A DNA stretch of 64,000 nt from Escherichia coli (GTDB lineage Bacteria; Pseudomonadota; Gammaproteobacteria; Enterobacterales; Enterobacteriaceae). Of the stretch, positions 12,406 to 24,157 are shown piece by piece. The stretch lies in the NCBI RefSeq assembly GCF_003334305.1, contig NZ_QOWS01000022.1. The stretch is one strand, 5' to 3'. Each line of letters opens with the position of its first letter. Position 1 is the first letter of the stretch. The position numbers and the translations under genes were made by a program. Under the pieces are notes generated by a model, which ran no database searches, was not told where the DNA came from, and saw only the letters and a list, made by a program, of their open reading frames with translations.

Positions 12406-13443
12406 TTAACGCTTATCCGCCACCAGTTTGAGCGCGTGTTCCAGCACATTAATGTCTGCACCCGCTTTATGGGCATTTTCACTTAAATAACGCCGCCACT
12501 GCCGCGCGCCAGGAATACCCTGGAACAAGCCCAACATATGCCGGGTAATATGGCCGAGATACGTCCCCTGGCTGAGTTCACGCTCAATGTACGGATACAT
12601 GGCGCGCACTACCGCCACCGGATCGGCATCGGTATCCGAGGAACCAAAGATCTCCCGGTCTACCGCCGCCAGAATACCCGGATTCTGATACGCCTCGCGC
12701 CCGACCATCACGCCATCCATATGTTGCAGGTGTGCTTTGGCCTCTTCCAGCGACTTGATACCACCGTTAATCGACATTGTCAGATGCGGAAAGTCACGCT
12801 TCAGTTGATACACACGCGGATAATCGAGCGGCGGGATTTCACGGTTTTCTTTCGGGCTTAACCCCGAAAGCCAGGCTTTACGTGCGTGGATGATAAACAT
12901 CTCACACTCGCCTTTGCCGGAAACGGTGTTGATGAAATCGCAGAGAAATTCATAGCTGTCCTGGTCATCGATGCCAATACGCGTTTTCACCGTCACTGGA
13001 ATCGACACCACATCGCGCATCGCTTTCACGCAGTCGGCAACCAGCTGCGCATTACCCATCAGACACGCACCAAACATGCCGTTCTGCACCCGGTCAGACG
13101 GGCAGCCGACATTCAGGTTGATCTCATCATATCCGCGCGCTTCTGCCAGCTTTGCACACTGCGCCAGCGCCGCCGGATCGCTACCGCCGAGTTGCAACGC
13201 TACCGGATGTTCTTCTTCACTGTACGCCAGGTAATCACCTTTACCGTGAATAATCGCCCCTGTGGTCACCATTTCGGTATACAGCAACGTATTGCGGGAA
13301 AGCAGACGCAAGAAATAGCGGCAATGTCTGTCCGTCCAGTCGAGCATTGGTGCAACGCTAAACCGACCACTCCAGTGAACGTCAGTTTTTTCAGGCATTG
13401 CGCTGGTTTGGTTGATTTTTTGCATTTCAGAATTACCGTGCAT
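12406..13443 (-). CDS. dusA: tRNA-dihydrouridine synthase A
   Basis: 345 aa from first ATG at 13443 ([12 protein letters not shown]...); Dus family TIM-barrel; the true start may be further downstream. Confidence 0.85.
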   Translation of the reverse strand: MHGNSEMQKINQTSAMPEKTDVHWSGRFSVAPMLDWTDRHCRYFLRLLSRNTLLYTEMVTTGAIIHGKGDYLAYSEEEHPVALQLGGSDPAALAQCAKLAEARGYDEINLNVGCPSDRVQNGMFGACLMGNAQLVADCVKAMRDVVSIPVTVKTRIGIDDQDSYEFLCDFINTVSGKGECEMFIIHARKAWLSGLSPKENREIPPLDYPRVYQLKRDFPHLTMSINGGIKSLEEAKAHLQHMDGVMVGREAYQNPGILAAVDREIFGSSDTDADPVAVVRAMYPYIERELSQGTYLGHITRHMLGLFQGIPGARQWRRYLSENAHKAGADINVLEHALKLVADKR

Positions 13444-13805
13444 TTTCAAATGTAGAGATTATTTTATCGATATATCATGGGGTTATGTTATTCAGCATCA
13501 CTATTCAGGAGGCTCAATAGCGGGGTACTATACCATAACAACAGGAAGCGCCTGTCTCATTGCAAAAGAAAATTGAGATCCTCTCAAGGCATGAAGCTCT
13601 CACGAAGTGATGGAAATAATCTTATTAGCCGTTAACTTTGTTAAGGCCAATGATAAACAATCCAGGTTCGACGATAAATAAAAAATCACACATTAAACTC
13701 TGGTGATATATCTCCCTGCTAATAGCATTGATAGAGAAAAAAGAACCCAATAAATATTGGGTCCTTTTATATAATGCCTTCCATACCATCGAAGAACTTC
13801 ACATA

Positions 13806-14513
13806 TTATTTCTCCGATTTAACCCCGAACAAATCATAAATTAATTTAGAAGTGTCTGTAAGTATTTTAATCTCTTCCTTTGAGGTTGGGTCAAACGACT
13901 TCGCGAAGCTAATTAATTGTGGTGCAGCATCTCGCATTTTGCTTAAAATATCAGGATCGAGCGTTCCTTCATTCACCAGATGTGACATCTTATCCAGATA
14001 GCCATCAAAATTCATTTCTCCCCCATCAGCCAGACGCTTCATCTCTCCCAGGTACTTCTTCATATCACGTTGAGATAATTTTTCAAACTGAGCTTTCAGG
14101 TAGCTCTCATTATTTTCATTAATATACACTGTTTCTGATAAATCTGCGTAGGCACTAGAATATGAAAGTGAAATTAACAGCGAAGCAAATAATTTTAAGC
14201 TGTTGTCATCATGTTCCTGGCAGGCATTAACAAACGTTAAAAAACCAGAACCTATTGCTTGAAAATGTATATTCGCTAAAGGTTCATTATCCTTAGATTC
14301 CTCATAAAATAGCTGAACCGTGGAGGGAAGGCCATTCTTAGTTTCTACATCAAAAGTACATTGTTCAATGGGAGTCGCATCTTTATTATCCCCAGGATTA
14401 CATATACTATTAATCGCGAAATGAAAAATAGCCCGGTCAACAACTGATGCAATAAAGTCACGATCGTTTAAATCCTCATCAGTGCAATCGTCAATATACT
14501 TATTGACCCACAT
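13806..14513 (-). CDS. yjbM: uncharacterised protein YjbM
   Basis: 235 aa from ATG at 14513 (MWVNKYIDDC...); AT-rich; no recognisable domain; same position as K-12 yjbM. Confidence 0.65.
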   Translation of the reverse strand: MWVNKYIDDCTDEDLNDRDFIASVVDRAIFHFAINSICNPGDNKDATPIEQCTFDVETKNGLPSTVQLFYEESKDNEPLANIHFQAIGSGFLTFVNACQEHDDNSLKLFASLLISLSYSSAYADLSETVYINENNESYLKAQFEKLSQRDMKKYLGEMKRLADGGEMNFDGYLDKMSHLVNEGTLDPDILSKMRDAAPQLISFAKSFDPTSKEEIKILTDTSKLIYDLFGVKSEK

Positions 14514-14536
14514 TTTGAGATCATTTATTTGCTCAA

Positions 14537-14791
14537 TTAAAAACACATTTTTTTACGTGCATGCCATAAATTATGCGTGATTCGTTGAATAAACAAATCT
14601 ATTTTTGCAATAATTATATCCCGATGACGCAGCGCTGCATAATCAATAGATTTACCATATATATTATTTAATTTACCTTTGATTGAACCTCTATTATCTA
14701 ATTTATCTTTGATTGCATCTTCATTATCGAATTGATTTGAATTGAGTGTTTTATTAAAGTATCCAGTTGCACCGGGTATTATCTTCAACAT
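14537..14791 (-). CDS. yjbL: uncharacterised protein YjbL
   Basis: 84 aa ORF immediately upstream of yjbM in AT-rich DNA. Confidence 0.6.
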
Positions 14792-15108
14792 GATTCATCT
14801 ACCTTTTTTGTCGTACCGTGTCCTCCTTATAATTCTTTTGCCATCTGGTCACTATCAAAAATCGCTCATAATTTCTGAACTACAGGTATGCGTTTAAACC
14901 CAGTTAAATAAATAGCGAGTTAACTTGAAGCAATTTATTTAAAAATGAATTATTAATTATTATCGTGTTGATAATGGTACGACAAGGCAACACAACACCT
15001 TACCTACAAAACAGAAAATCAACATTACGGCAACAATAAGGGTTCTCGGTGTTTTTCCTGGAACATGGTAAAGTAAGGACATTCTTAACCCCCACTTTGA
15101 GGTGCCCG

Positions 15109-15624
15109 ATGGAAAAGACCACAACGCAGGAGTTATTAGCGCAGGCTGAAAAAATCTGCGCGCAGCGTAATGTGCGCCTGACCCCACAGCGCCTGGAAGT
15201 GTTGCGCCTGATGAGTCTGCAGGATGGCGCTATCAGCGCTTATGATCTGCTTGATTTACTGCGCGAAGCTGAACCGCAAGCCAAGCCGCCAACGGTTTAT
15301 CGCGCGCTGGATTTTCTGCTTGAGCAAGGTTTTGTGCATAAGGTGGAATCCACCAACAGTTATGTGCTCTGTCATCTGTTCGACCAGCCCACGCATACGT
15401 CAGCCATGTTTATATGCGATCGCTGCGGCGCGGTGAAAGAAGAGTGTGCAGAAGGCGTGGAAGACATTATGCATACGCTGGCGGCAAAAATGGGGTTTGC
15501 CCTGCGGCATAATGTGATTGAAGCACATGGGCTCTGTGCGGCATGCGTGGAAGTGGAAGCGTGTCGTCATCCTGAACAGTGCCAGCATGATCACTCTGTG
15601 CAGGTGAAAAAGAAACCGCGTTAA
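15109..15624 (+). CDS. zur: zinc uptake regulator (Fur family)
   Basis: 171 aa from ATG at 15109 (MEKTTTQELLAQAEKICAQRNVRLTPQRLEVL); Fur-family fold with C-terminal Cys/His metal sites. Confidence 0.92.
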   Translation: MEKTTTQELLAQAEKICAQRNVRLTPQRLEVLRLMSLQDGAISAYDLLDLLREAEPQAKPPTVYRALDFLLEQGFVHKVESTNSYVLCHLFDQPTHTSAMFICDRCGAVKEECAEGVEDIMHTLAAKMGFALRHNVIEAHGLCAACVEVEACRHPEQCQHDHSVQVKKKPR

Positions 15625-15665
15625 GAGGGCGTACATCCTTGTACACGTCGGGCAGGAGGGATTAA

Positions 15666-15875
15666 TTACCAGCGATATTCATTGCGGGTTTCCCAATCCA
15701 CGACCTCTTTTTCTGCCTGATCTTTCTGATAACCATAACGTTCCTGGATTTTACCGACCAGTTGATCACGTTTACCTTCAATGATCGTCATATCATCATC
15801 GGTCAGTTTGCCCCATTGCTCTTTCACTTTACCTTTAAACTGTTTCCAGTTACCGCCGGCTTCATCTTTATTCAT
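15666..15875 (-). CDS. yjbJ: stress-induced CsbD-family protein
   Basis: 69 aa from ATG at 15875 (MNKDEAGGNWKQFKGKVKEQWGKLTDDD). Confidence 0.88.
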   Translation of the reverse strand: MNKDEAGGNWKQFKGKVKEQWGKLTDDDMTIIEGKRDQLVGKIQERYGYQKDQAEKEVVDWETRNEYRW

Positions 15876-15990
15876 AATCAAGACCTCATCGTTAGGTTGT
15901 GAATGAGAGTACGTTCACTTTTCTTCTGAACGTGAGATTAAGTGTAGTCAGCAATTTGGCTTAGGATAATTTATTCAGAATTTTTAACCG

Positions 15991-17370
15991 TCACGTTGCG
16001 GCAAACCAGGTACCGTTGCGCCAGTGACGCCGCCAGATAGCCGCCAGAGAAAGCCCGCGCAACGCCAGAAAGACGGTTAATGCCAGCCACAAACCATGAT
16101 TACCCAGCCACGGCAGCGTAAGGAGCGTCAGCGCAAAACCTGCGGCGGCCACCGCCATACTGTTACGCATTTCGGCGGCACGCGTTGCGCCTATAAACAT
16201 GCCGTCCAGCAGATAACACCAGACGCCAACCAACGGCAAAATCACCTGCCAGATAAGATAGCGGTCAGCCAGCTGCTGAATCTGGGTTAACGACGTCAGC
16301 AACGCAATGATGTGTTCCCCTGCCAGCAAATAAACCACCGAAAACAGTAACGCTACAATCCCCGACTGGCGGCACGCTGCCCGCCATACATCCAGCAACT
16401 GGCTACCGTCGCGCGCACCGTATGCCTGACCGGAGTGCGCTTCAACCGCGTAGGCAAAACCATCAAGCGCATAGGCGGTAAAGGTGAGTAGCGTCATCAG
16501 AACCGCGTTAACAGCGATAATGTCACTCCCCAGTCGCGCACCAAGTACGGTGATCGCGCCGAAACAGAGTTGCAACAACAGCGAACGCAGCATGATATCG
16601 CGGTTAAGCGCCAGCAAGCGACGGAAGTTTCCTCGCCAGGCAGTTTTCAGTATTTCGCCGGAAATTCCGCGTAGTTTGAGGATTTTACGCACCATTAGCA
16701 GACCAATCAGCAATGTTGCATATTCCGCAATAACCGTCGCCAGCGCCGCGCCCTGCACGTTCATATGTAGCCCCATCACCAGCCAGACATCCAGCACAAT
16801 GTTGAGGATATTGCCGACCACTAACAAAATTACTGGCGCACGGGCATATTGCACGCCGAGTAACCAACCGAGTAATACCAGATTCGCCAGCGACGCCGGA
16901 GCGCTTAACCAGCGGATTTCAAGAAAGCGCCGCGCCTGTTCCAGGACCGCTTCACTACCGCCAACAATATGCAGCGCCAGATCGATAATCGGTGTACGCA
17001 GCAGCGCAATTAACGCCCCAGCCCCCAACGCCAACAGCAACGGTTGCACCAGCGCACGGGCTAATGCCTGAGGATTTTTGGCACCATAAGCCTGCGCAGT
17101 CAGCCCGGTGGTGCTCATGCGTAAAAACAGCAACAGCATAAAGAGAAAGCTGGTCGCCGTTGCACCAACCGCCACGCCGCCCAAATAAACCGGGCTATCA
17201 AGATGACCAATTACCGCCGTATCGACCAGTCCCAGCAACGGAACGGTGATATTGGAGAAAATCATGGGTAAGGCGAGATGCCAGAGTGCTTTATCAGATG
17301 AAGTGAGGAATGCCATGCAGACAAGCCTGATGAAGAGAGATGAAAAACAAACCGCGACGCCTGGCGGCAT
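15991..17370 (-). CDS. dinF: DNA damage-inducible MATE-family efflux protein
   Basis: 459 aa polytopic membrane protein, 18 bp downstream of lexA in the same operon. Confidence 0.9.
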   Translation of the reverse strand: MPPGVAVCFSSLFIRLVCMAFLTSSDKALWHLALPMIFSNITVPLLGLVDTAVIGHLDSPVYLGGVAVGATATSFLFMLLLFLRMSTTGLTAQAYGAKNPQALARALVQPLLLALGAGALIALLRTPIIDLALHIVGGSEAVLEQARRFLEIRWLSAPASLANLVLLGWLLGVQYARAPVILLVVGNILNIVLDVWLVMGLHMNVQGAALATVIAEYATLLIGLLMVRKILKLRGISGEILKTAWRGNFRRLLALNRDIMLRSLLLQLCFGAITVLGARLGSDIIAVNAVLMTLLTFTAYALDGFAYAVEAHSGQAYGARDGSQLLDVWRAACRQSGIVALLFSVVYLLAGEHIIALLTSLTQIQQLADRYLIWQVILPLVGVWCYLLDGMFIGATRAAEMRNSMAVAAAGFALTLLTLPWLGNHGLWLALTVFLALRGLSLAAIWRRHWRNGTWFAAT

Positions 17371-17388
17371 CGCGGTCTCAGAGATATG

Positions 17389-17997
17389 TTACAGCCAGTC
17401 GCCGTTGCGAATAACCCCAACCGCCAGCCCTTCAATGGTGAAGCTCTGCTGACGAAGGTCAACGACAATTGGTTTAAACTCGCTATTTTCTGGCAACAGT
17501 TCGACTTTATTGCCCTGTTTTTTCAGGCGCTTAACGGTAACTTCGTCATCAATACGTGCGACAACGACCTGACCGTTACGTACATCCTGAGTTTTATGCA
17601 CTGCCAGCAAGTCACCATCCATAATGCCGATATCTTTCATCGACATCCCGCTGACGCGCAGCAGGAAATCAGCATTCGGCTTGAACAAGGAAGGATCGAC
17701 CTGATAATGACCTTCAATATGCTGTTGCGCCAGAAGCGGTTCACCGGCAGCCACACGACCTACCAGCGGCAACCCTTCTTCCTCTTCCTGCAACAGACGA
17801 ATCCCGCGTGATGCGCCGGAAACAATTTCAATAACGCCTTTGCGTGCCAGCGCCTTCAGATGTTCTTCAGCCGCGTTTGGGGAACGGAACCCCAAACGCT
17901 GCGCGATTTCCGCACGCGTCGGCGGCATACCTGTCTGGCTGATGTGATCACGGATGAGATCAAACACCTCTTGTTGCCTGGCCGTTAACGCTTTCAT
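17389..17997 (-). CDS. lexA: LexA repressor
   Basis: 202 aa; [37 protein letters not shown]; autocleavage site region and S24 peptidase domain (SGMSMKD). Confidence 0.97.
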   Translation of the reverse strand: MKALTARQQEVFDLIRDHISQTGMPPTRAEIAQRLGFRSPNAAEEHLKALARKGVIEIVSGASRGIRLLQEEEEGLPLVGRVAAGEPLLAQQHIEGHYQVDPSLFKPNADFLLRVSGMSMKDIGIMDGDLLAVHKTQDVRNGQVVVARIDDEVTVKRLKKQGNKVELLPENSEFKPIVVDLRQQSFTIEGLAVGVIRNGDWL

Positions 17998-18003
17998 TCC
18001 GCC

Positions 18004-18023
18004 CCCTGGGTGTATATACAGTT
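18004..18023. promoter_or_regulatory. LexA box 1 of lexA promoter
   Basis: CCCTGGGTGTATATACAGTT contains CTGG-N8-ACAG, immediately upstream of lexA start. Confidence 0.85.
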
Positions 18024-18024
18024 A

Positions 18025-18044
18025 TGCTGTGAGTATATACAGCA
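18025..18044. promoter_or_regulatory. LexA box 2 of lexA promoter
   Basis: TGCTGTGAGTATATACAGCA, near-perfect CTGT-N8-ACAG palindrome. Confidence 0.88.
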
Positions 18045-18106
18045 AAAGGCGATTTTGGAACCATAAACTGCACAATAAACCAGAGATTTATCGAAATCTG
18101 GAAGGG

Positions 18107-18475
18107 TTATCCAAAATGCGACCATAACAGGATGCACCAGGTAATCACGGCGACGATAATGGCAATCAGCACCGCGGCGGATCCCATATCTTTTGCGCGT
18201 CCGGAAAGCTCATGGTATTCAGAGCCAATTCGGTCAACCACTGCTTCGATGGCGCTATTGAGGATTTCCACAATCATCACCAGCATCACGGAGCTGATAA
18301 GCAGCACGCGGGTAATTGCGTCCACATCCAGCCAGCAGGCGATGACCACCGCCAACAATACCGCTACGCCTTCCTGACGGAATGCCGCTTCGTTGATCCA
18401 TGCAGCGCGTAAACCTTTCCAGGAATAGCCAGCAGCTTTGATAATTCGGGTGAATCCAGTGGTATTATTGGCCAT
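18107..18475 (-). CDS. dgkA: diacylglycerol kinase
   Basis: 122 aa three-TM protein MANNTTGFTRIIKAAGYSWKGLRAAW. Confidence 0.95.
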   Translation of the reverse strand: MANNTTGFTRIIKAAGYSWKGLRAAWINEAAFRQEGVAVLLAVVIACWLDVDAITRVLLISSVMLVMIVEILNSAIEAVVDRIGSEYHELSGRAKDMGSAAVLIAIIVAVITWCILLWSHFG

Positions 18476-18645
18476 TGAAAGAACCTTTTTACATTATGAG
18501 CGTCAATATCAGTGTACCGTTAAATCCGATGATTCGGGTTTGCGTAACGCCGCGCGAAACATGAGCGGATACCACAGAATTTCCCATGACTTTCTGCTAT
18601 CCTTGCCGCGCATTTGCATTATTAACCAGAGGCTTTACATCGTTT

Positions 18646-21069
18646 ATGTCCGGCTGGCCACGAATTTACTACAAATTACTGAATTTACCATTAAGCATCC
18701 TGGTAAAAAGCAAGTCTATTCCGGCAGATCCTGCCCCGGAACTGGGGCTGGATACCTCTCGTCCAATTATGTACGTTTTACCGTACAACTCGAAAGCAGA
18801 TTTGCTGACGTTGCGCGCCCAGTGTCTGGCTCATGACTTGCCTGACCCGTTAGAGCCGCTGGAAATCGACGGCACGCTACTGCCGCGCTATGTGTTCATT
18901 CACGGCGGGCCGCGTGTGTTCACCTATTACACGCCGAAAGAAGAGTCTATTAAGCTGTTCCACGACTATCTTGATTTGCACCGCAGCAACCCAAATCTGG
19001 ATGTGCAGATGGTGCCAGTATCGGTGATGTTTGGTCGCGCGCCGGGGCGTGAAAAAGGCGAAGTAAACCCGCCGCTGCGTATGCTTAACGGCGTACAAAA
19101 ATTTTTCGCCGTACTGTGGCTCGGTCGCGACAGTTTTGTGCGTTTCTCGCCGTCAGTTTCTCTGCGCCGCATGGCCGATGAACACGGCACAGATAAAACT
19201 ATCGCTCAGAAACTGGCGCGCGTGGCGCGTATGCACTTTGCCCGTCAACGTCTGGCTGCTGTGGGCCCACGTCTGCCTGCTCGTCAGGATCTGTTTAATA
19301 AGCTGCTCGCCTCCCGCGCCATTGCCAAAGCGGTAGAAGATGAAGCGCGCAGCAAAAAAATCTCCCATGAAAAAGCGCAGCAGAACGCGATTGCGCTGAT
19401 GGAAGAGATTGCGGCGAATTTCTCTTACGAGATGATCCGCCTGACTGACCGCATTCTGGGCTTCACCTGGAACCGACTTTATCAGGGCATCAACGTCCAT
19501 AACGCCGAGCGCGTTCGCCAGCTGGCCCACGACGGTCATGAGCTGGTGTATGTGCCTTGCCACCGCAGTCACATGGACTACCTGCTACTTTCTTACGTGC
19601 TGTACCACCAGGGGCTGGTGCCGCCGCATATCGCCGCCGGGATCAACCTGAACTTCTGGCCGGCCGGGCCGATTTTCCGCCGTCTGGGGGCGTTCTTTAT
19701 TCGCCGTACTTTTAAAGGCAATAAACTTTATTCCACCGTTTTCCGTGAGTATCTCGGCGAACTGTTCAGCCGTGGTTATTCCGTCGAGTACTTCGTGGAA
19801 GGCGGTCGTTCCCGCACGGGGCGTTTGCTGGATCCGAAAACCGGTACGCTGTCGATGACCATTCAGGCGATGCTGCGTGGCGGCACGCGTCCGATTACGC
19901 TGATTCCGATCTATATCGGTTATGAGCACGTCATGGAAGTGGGTACTTACGCCAAAGAACTGCGCGGCGCGACGAAAGAGAAAGAGAGCCTGCCGCAGAT
20001 GCTGCGCGGTTTAAGCAAGCTGCGTAATCTCGGTCAGGGTTACGTCAACTTCGGTGAACCAATGCCGTTGATGACCTACCTTAACCAGCACGTACCAGAC
20101 TGGCGTGAATCTATCGATCCCATCGAAGCGGTGCGTCCGGCCTGGTTAACGCCGACGGTCAATAATATTGCTGCCGATCTGATGGTACGCATTAACAACG
20201 CAGGCGCGGCAAACGCCATGAACCTGTGCTGTACTGCGCTACTGGCATCACGTCAGCGCTCACTCACCCGCGAGCAGTTAACCGAGCAACTCAACTGCTA
20301 CCTGGATCTGATGCGCAACGTACCTTACTCCACGGACTCTACCGTTCCTTCAGCCAGCGCCAGCGAGCTTATCGATCACGCGCTGCAAATGAACAAGTTT
20401 GAAGTCGAGAAAGACACTATCGGCGACATCATCATTCTGCCACGCGAGCAAGCGGTGCTGATGACCTACTATCGCAACAACATTGCGCATATGTTGGTGC
20501 TGCCTTCGCTGATGGCGGCAATTGTCACCCAGCATCGCCACATCTCCCGCGACGTATTGATGGAGCACGTCAATGTGCTTTACCCAATGCTGAAAGCGGA
20601 GCTGTTCCTGCGCTGGGATCGCGACGAGTTGCCGGACGTTATTGATGCGCTGGCAAATGAGATGCAACGTCAGGGGCTGATTACCCTGCAAGATGATGAG
20701 TTGCATATCAACCCGGCGCATTCTCGCACCCTACAGCTGCTGGCCGCAGGCGCGCGCGAAACGCTGCAACGTTATGCCATCACCTTCTGGTTGTTGAGTG
20801 CCAACCCGTCGATCAACCGCGGTACGCTGGAGAAAGAGAGCCGCACCGTCGCGCAACGTCTCTCCGTGCTGCACGGCATCAACGCGCCGGAGTTCTTCGA
20901 CAAGGCGGTGTTCAGTTCTCTGGTGCTGACGCTGCGTGATGAAGGGTATATCAGCGATAGCGGCGACGCCGAACCGGCAGAAACGATGAAGGTTTATCAG
21001 TTGCTGGCGGAGTTGATTACATCAGACGTGCGTTTGACGATTGAGAGTGCGACGCAGGGCGAAGGGTAA
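18646..21069 (+). CDS. plsB: glycerol-3-phosphate acyltransferase
   Basis: 807 aa from ATG at 18646 ([16 protein letters not shown]...); HX4D acyltransferase motif CHRSHMDY. Confidence 0.93.
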
Positions 21070-21081
21070 TCAGAGAGAATT

Positions 21082-21183
21082 GCCGGATGCGGCGAAAACG
21101 CCTTATCCGGCCTTCCATAATCTGCAAATTCAATAAATTGCGATGTGTTGTGTAGGCCTGAGAAGCGCCGCGCATAAGGCAAC
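21082..21183. repeat. REP/BIME cluster between plsB and ubiA
   Basis: GCCGGATGCGGCGAAAACGCCTTATCCGGCC plus a second inverted REP-like unit GTAGGCCTGAGAAGCGCCGCGCATAAGGC. Confidence 0.75.
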
Positions 21184-21192
21184 CCAGAAGAA

Positions 21193-21217
21193 AGCCGGAT
21201 GATCATCCGGCTTTTTT
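21193..21217. terminator. hairpin terminator between convergent plsB and ubiA
   Basis: Perfect 10-bp inverted repeat AGCCGGATGA/TCATCCGGCT followed by TTTTTT on the plus strand; adjacent to ubiA stop. Confidence 0.7.
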
Positions 21218-21223
21218 ACATCA

Positions 21224-22096
21224 TCAGAAATGCCAGTAACTCATTGCCAGTCCTAAAAACAGTACCAGACCAACATAGTTATTATTCATAAATGCTTTAA
21301 AGCAGGCTTCACGCTCGCGGTTGGCAATCAGTTTTTGTTGATAAACAAACAGCGCGCCAGCCACCACAATTGACCAGTAATATCCCCAGCCTAAGCCATT
21401 TAACTCACCGATGATCGCCATCAGTGCCAGTACGCCAATCTGCAAAATACCAATAATCAATTTATCGTATTGGCCGAACAGGATTGCCGTGGATTTAATG
21501 CCAATCTTCACATCATCATCGCGGTCAACCATCGCATACTGCGTGTCGTAAGCCACCGCCCAGAGAATATTGGCGAGGAACATTAACCAGCAACTCAGTG
21601 GCACCGACTCACTCACAGCGGCAAAAGCCATTGGAATCGACCAGCCAAACGCCGCGCCCAGCACCACTTGCGGGAGATGGGTATACCGCTTCATAAACGG
21701 GTACACCCACGCCAACGCCAGAGCGGCAATCGACAACAGAATGGTCATCGTATTCAGCGTCAGTACCAGTAAAAACGAAATCAGTACCAGCACTACAAAC
21801 AGCGCGCGCGCCTCTTTCTCTGTTACCGCGCCGCTGGGAAGTGGTCGGTTCGCCGTGCGCTTAACATGACCATCAAACTTTCGGTCAGCATAATCATTCA
21901 CCACACATCCAGCAGCGCGCATCAGCCAGACACCCGCGACAAATACCGCCAGGATCCAGAGCTGAGGAACGCCCGGTGTCGCCACCCACAACGCCCATAA
22001 TGTTGGCCAGAGCAGCAGTAACGCGCCAATTGGCTTATCCGTACGCATTAAGCGATGAAACGCCAGCAGCTTATTCTGCGTCAGACTCCACTCCAT
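21224..22096 (-). CDS. ubiA: 4-hydroxybenzoate octaprenyltransferase
   Basis: 290 aa UbiA prenyltransferase with NDYADRKFD motif. Confidence 0.95.
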   Translation of the reverse strand: MEWSLTQNKLLAFHRLMRTDKPIGALLLLWPTLWALWVATPGVPQLWILAVFVAGVWLMRAAGCVVNDYADRKFDGHVKRTANRPLPSGAVTEKEARALFVVLVLISFLLVLTLNTMTILLSIAALALAWVYPFMKRYTHLPQVVLGAAFGWSIPMAFAAVSESVPLSCWLMFLANILWAVAYDTQYAMVDRDDDVKIGIKSTAILFGQYDKLIIGILQIGVLALMAIIGELNGLGWGYYWSIVVAGALFVYQQKLIANREREACFKAFMNNNYVGLVLFLGLAMSYWHF

Positions 22097-22108
22097 ATTT
22101 TTTTCCTC

Positions 22109-22606
22109 TTAGTACAACGGTGACGCCGGTAAAAACAGTTCTGTTAGCAACAGCGGTTTACCGCTTAATCGCAGGCGGGAACGTCGCCCCCACAGTCCGG
22201 CATCACGGCCTATCTCAATAAAGTCCCGGGTTAATGTCGATGATGTGAACAGATAGCGTCCTAACGGCGTTTTACCCAATTTTTGTAACGCCAGCTCCGG
22301 CCCGCTTAACGTTGACACAGGAACGACGGTACGACCGGCAAGCCACGGTTCACCATCGGCACATAACAAAATTTCACGTAACCAGTAACGAGACTCTTTC
22401 GGCAGCAGCGGCAGTTCTTCGGGGATTTCATTCTGCTCGACAAACCCTTCGCGGATCATCGTCACGCTTACCGTTTTTCCCTGCTGTTCAAAACGTTTTG
22501 TCATGGAATCCTCCAGCAACAGCCAGTCGAGCAGTTGCGGTTCCAGGGCAGGGATCTCTTTAAAATAGCGCAGCGCACGCAGTTGCGTTAACGCGGGGTG
22601 TGACAT
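22109..22606 (-). CDS. ubiC: chorismate pyruvate-lyase
   Basis: 165 aa from ATG at 22606 ([23 protein letters not shown]); 12 bp upstream of ubiA; ORF track over-extended 37 codons. Confidence 0.92.
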   Translation of the reverse strand: MSHPALTQLRALRYFKEIPALEPQLLDWLLLEDSMTKRFEQQGKTVSVTMIREGFVEQNEIPEELPLLPKESRYWLREILLCADGEPWLAGRTVVPVSTLSGPELALQKLGKTPLGRYLFTSSTLTRDFIEIGRDAGLWGRRSRLRLSGKPLLLTELFLPASPLY

Positions 22607-22828
22607 GCCGAACTCTCCGTTACATAACGTAAAGGCATTGTATCGCAGAAAAGTGTTTACGGGAGATGTAAAGCAAATTAAGTGATCTAATACGCAACAA
22701 AAACGCAACAATCGCATGAAGTGGTAAAACGCTGTTGAACCTTACGCTTTGCCGATGCCCGCGCTGGAGAGGGCAACCATAGGGGCATCACCGCCCAGGA
22801 TGCCAGGAACGGTGATGTTTTCCTTTAC

Positions 22829-24157
22829 TTAAACACCCTTATTCATTATACGATGAGCTCGCCAACTCGCAGTAAAAATGGGGAAAAGCGCATATTTACC
22901 ATGAGATTTGGAGCTGAAAAGTGTTTCCTGAGTAAGATTAACAGGCAACATCTCATGTCTGGATTTGTAGATATACGTGGAATTCCAATTGGTATCTTTT
23001 GTAGGATTCAACATATCATGTAAGCGCTGGGAGCTTACCACCATAACAGGCCCATCATCGACAGAGGAGAACAGGATAAATATATTATCGTTTCGTGTTA
23101 ATTTATTAGTGTTAAAGGTTCTTAACTTTTCTTCAGTTTCTATAAATATAGGTGAAACATCATCACTACGAATCCACTCTTTATAAAGATACCAGGCATT
23201 TGCTTTGATCATATCATCCGTTGATCGTAAGGCCTGATCGATAAGTTGGATAAAAAAATTGTTATTTTTATCAATCAGCCCTTTATTCATATTAAACCTG
23301 TTAATAAAATGGATCATCTGTTGGGTATCGAAATCCACCTTGCTGAATCGATGTTGACGCATAAAATCATCGAACTTGTTATCTTCACCAGAATGGATAT
23401 AACTGCGTATAATTGGATCTTTTATATAAGGACAATGGCTAAATGTTTTCTTCATATTCTCAATAAAGTTTTTATTAACAATATTAAGAATTTTTAATTG
23501 CATAACCAGTTTTACTGCCAGAACGGATTTCAATATCATTGCATTATCTGGCAATGTATCAATCATTTTTATAATGTTATTGATATAACCATCGAGATCT
23601 TCATTCCCAAATATATCTGAATAATCAATAGTTAATTCCAATTGTTCTGTAATGCAATCTTTAAAATTCCCTGTCGATATTCGCACATGATCAAACATAA
23701 CAGCTGTCATATTCGATTTAATAAATGATATTTCTTTGGCAGACAGAAACTCTGCTCTGGTGAAGTGCGAAGCGTAAAGATAACAATTATCGAAGTTTGA
23801 ATTTCTAATCTGACATTCGCGAAAATTACTCTGAGTAAGTTGACTCTGCGAGAAGTCAACTGTATCAAGAATATTTTTGCTGAAATCGACACATTCACCA
23901 CTCGCTTTGATAAAAATCACATTGTGTAAACGTCGACATCTAAATATGACATTATCAACTATTGCAGTAGTAAAATTGCAATCCCCAATTTCTTTACATT
24001 CGAATGTTACATGTTGTAGATTTGATGATAAAAAAGACACCTTCGATATAACGTCACCTTTAAAATGACAACTTGTTAAATCCAAATCAGACAGGTCGAT
24101 ATACCCCTGCGCATCTTTATCCATCAGAAAATTGCAAGCGCATTCAATTTTTTTCAT
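22829..24157 (-). CDS. yjbI: pentapeptide-repeat protein, SopA-effector-like
   Basis: 442 aa, AT-rich; N-terminal third has pentapeptide-type repeats (e.g. CHFKGDVISKVSFLSSNLQHVTFECKEIGDCNFTTAIVDNVIF); same position as K-12 yjbI. Confidence 0.65.
   Translation of the reverse strand: MKKIECACNFLMDKDAQGYIDLSDLDLTSCHFKGDVISKVSFLSSNLQHVTFECKEIGDCNFTTAIVDNVIFRCRRLHNVIFIKASGECVDFSKNILDTVDFSQSQLTQSNFRECQIRNSNFDNCYLYASHFTRAEFLSAKEISFIKSNMTAVMFDHVRISTGNFKDCITEQLELTIDYSDIFGNEDLDGYINNIIKMIDTLPDNAMILKSVLAVKLVMQLKILNIVNKNFIENMKKTFSHCPYIKDPIIRSYIHSGEDNKFDDFMRQHRFSKVDFDTQQMIHFINRFNMNKGLIDKNNNFFIQLIDQALRSTDDMIKANAWYLYKEWIRSDDVSPIFIETEEKLRTFNTNKLTRNDNIFILFSSVDDGPVMVVSSQRLHDMLNPTKDTNWNSTYIYKSRHEMLPVNLTQETLFSSKSHGKYALFPIFTASWRAHRIMNKGV

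Noticed and set aside
16484-17071. 195 aa plus-strand ORF inside dinF
   Set aside because: Antisense to the dinF membrane-protein frame; Ser/Ala/Arg-rich translation typical of a non-coding frame
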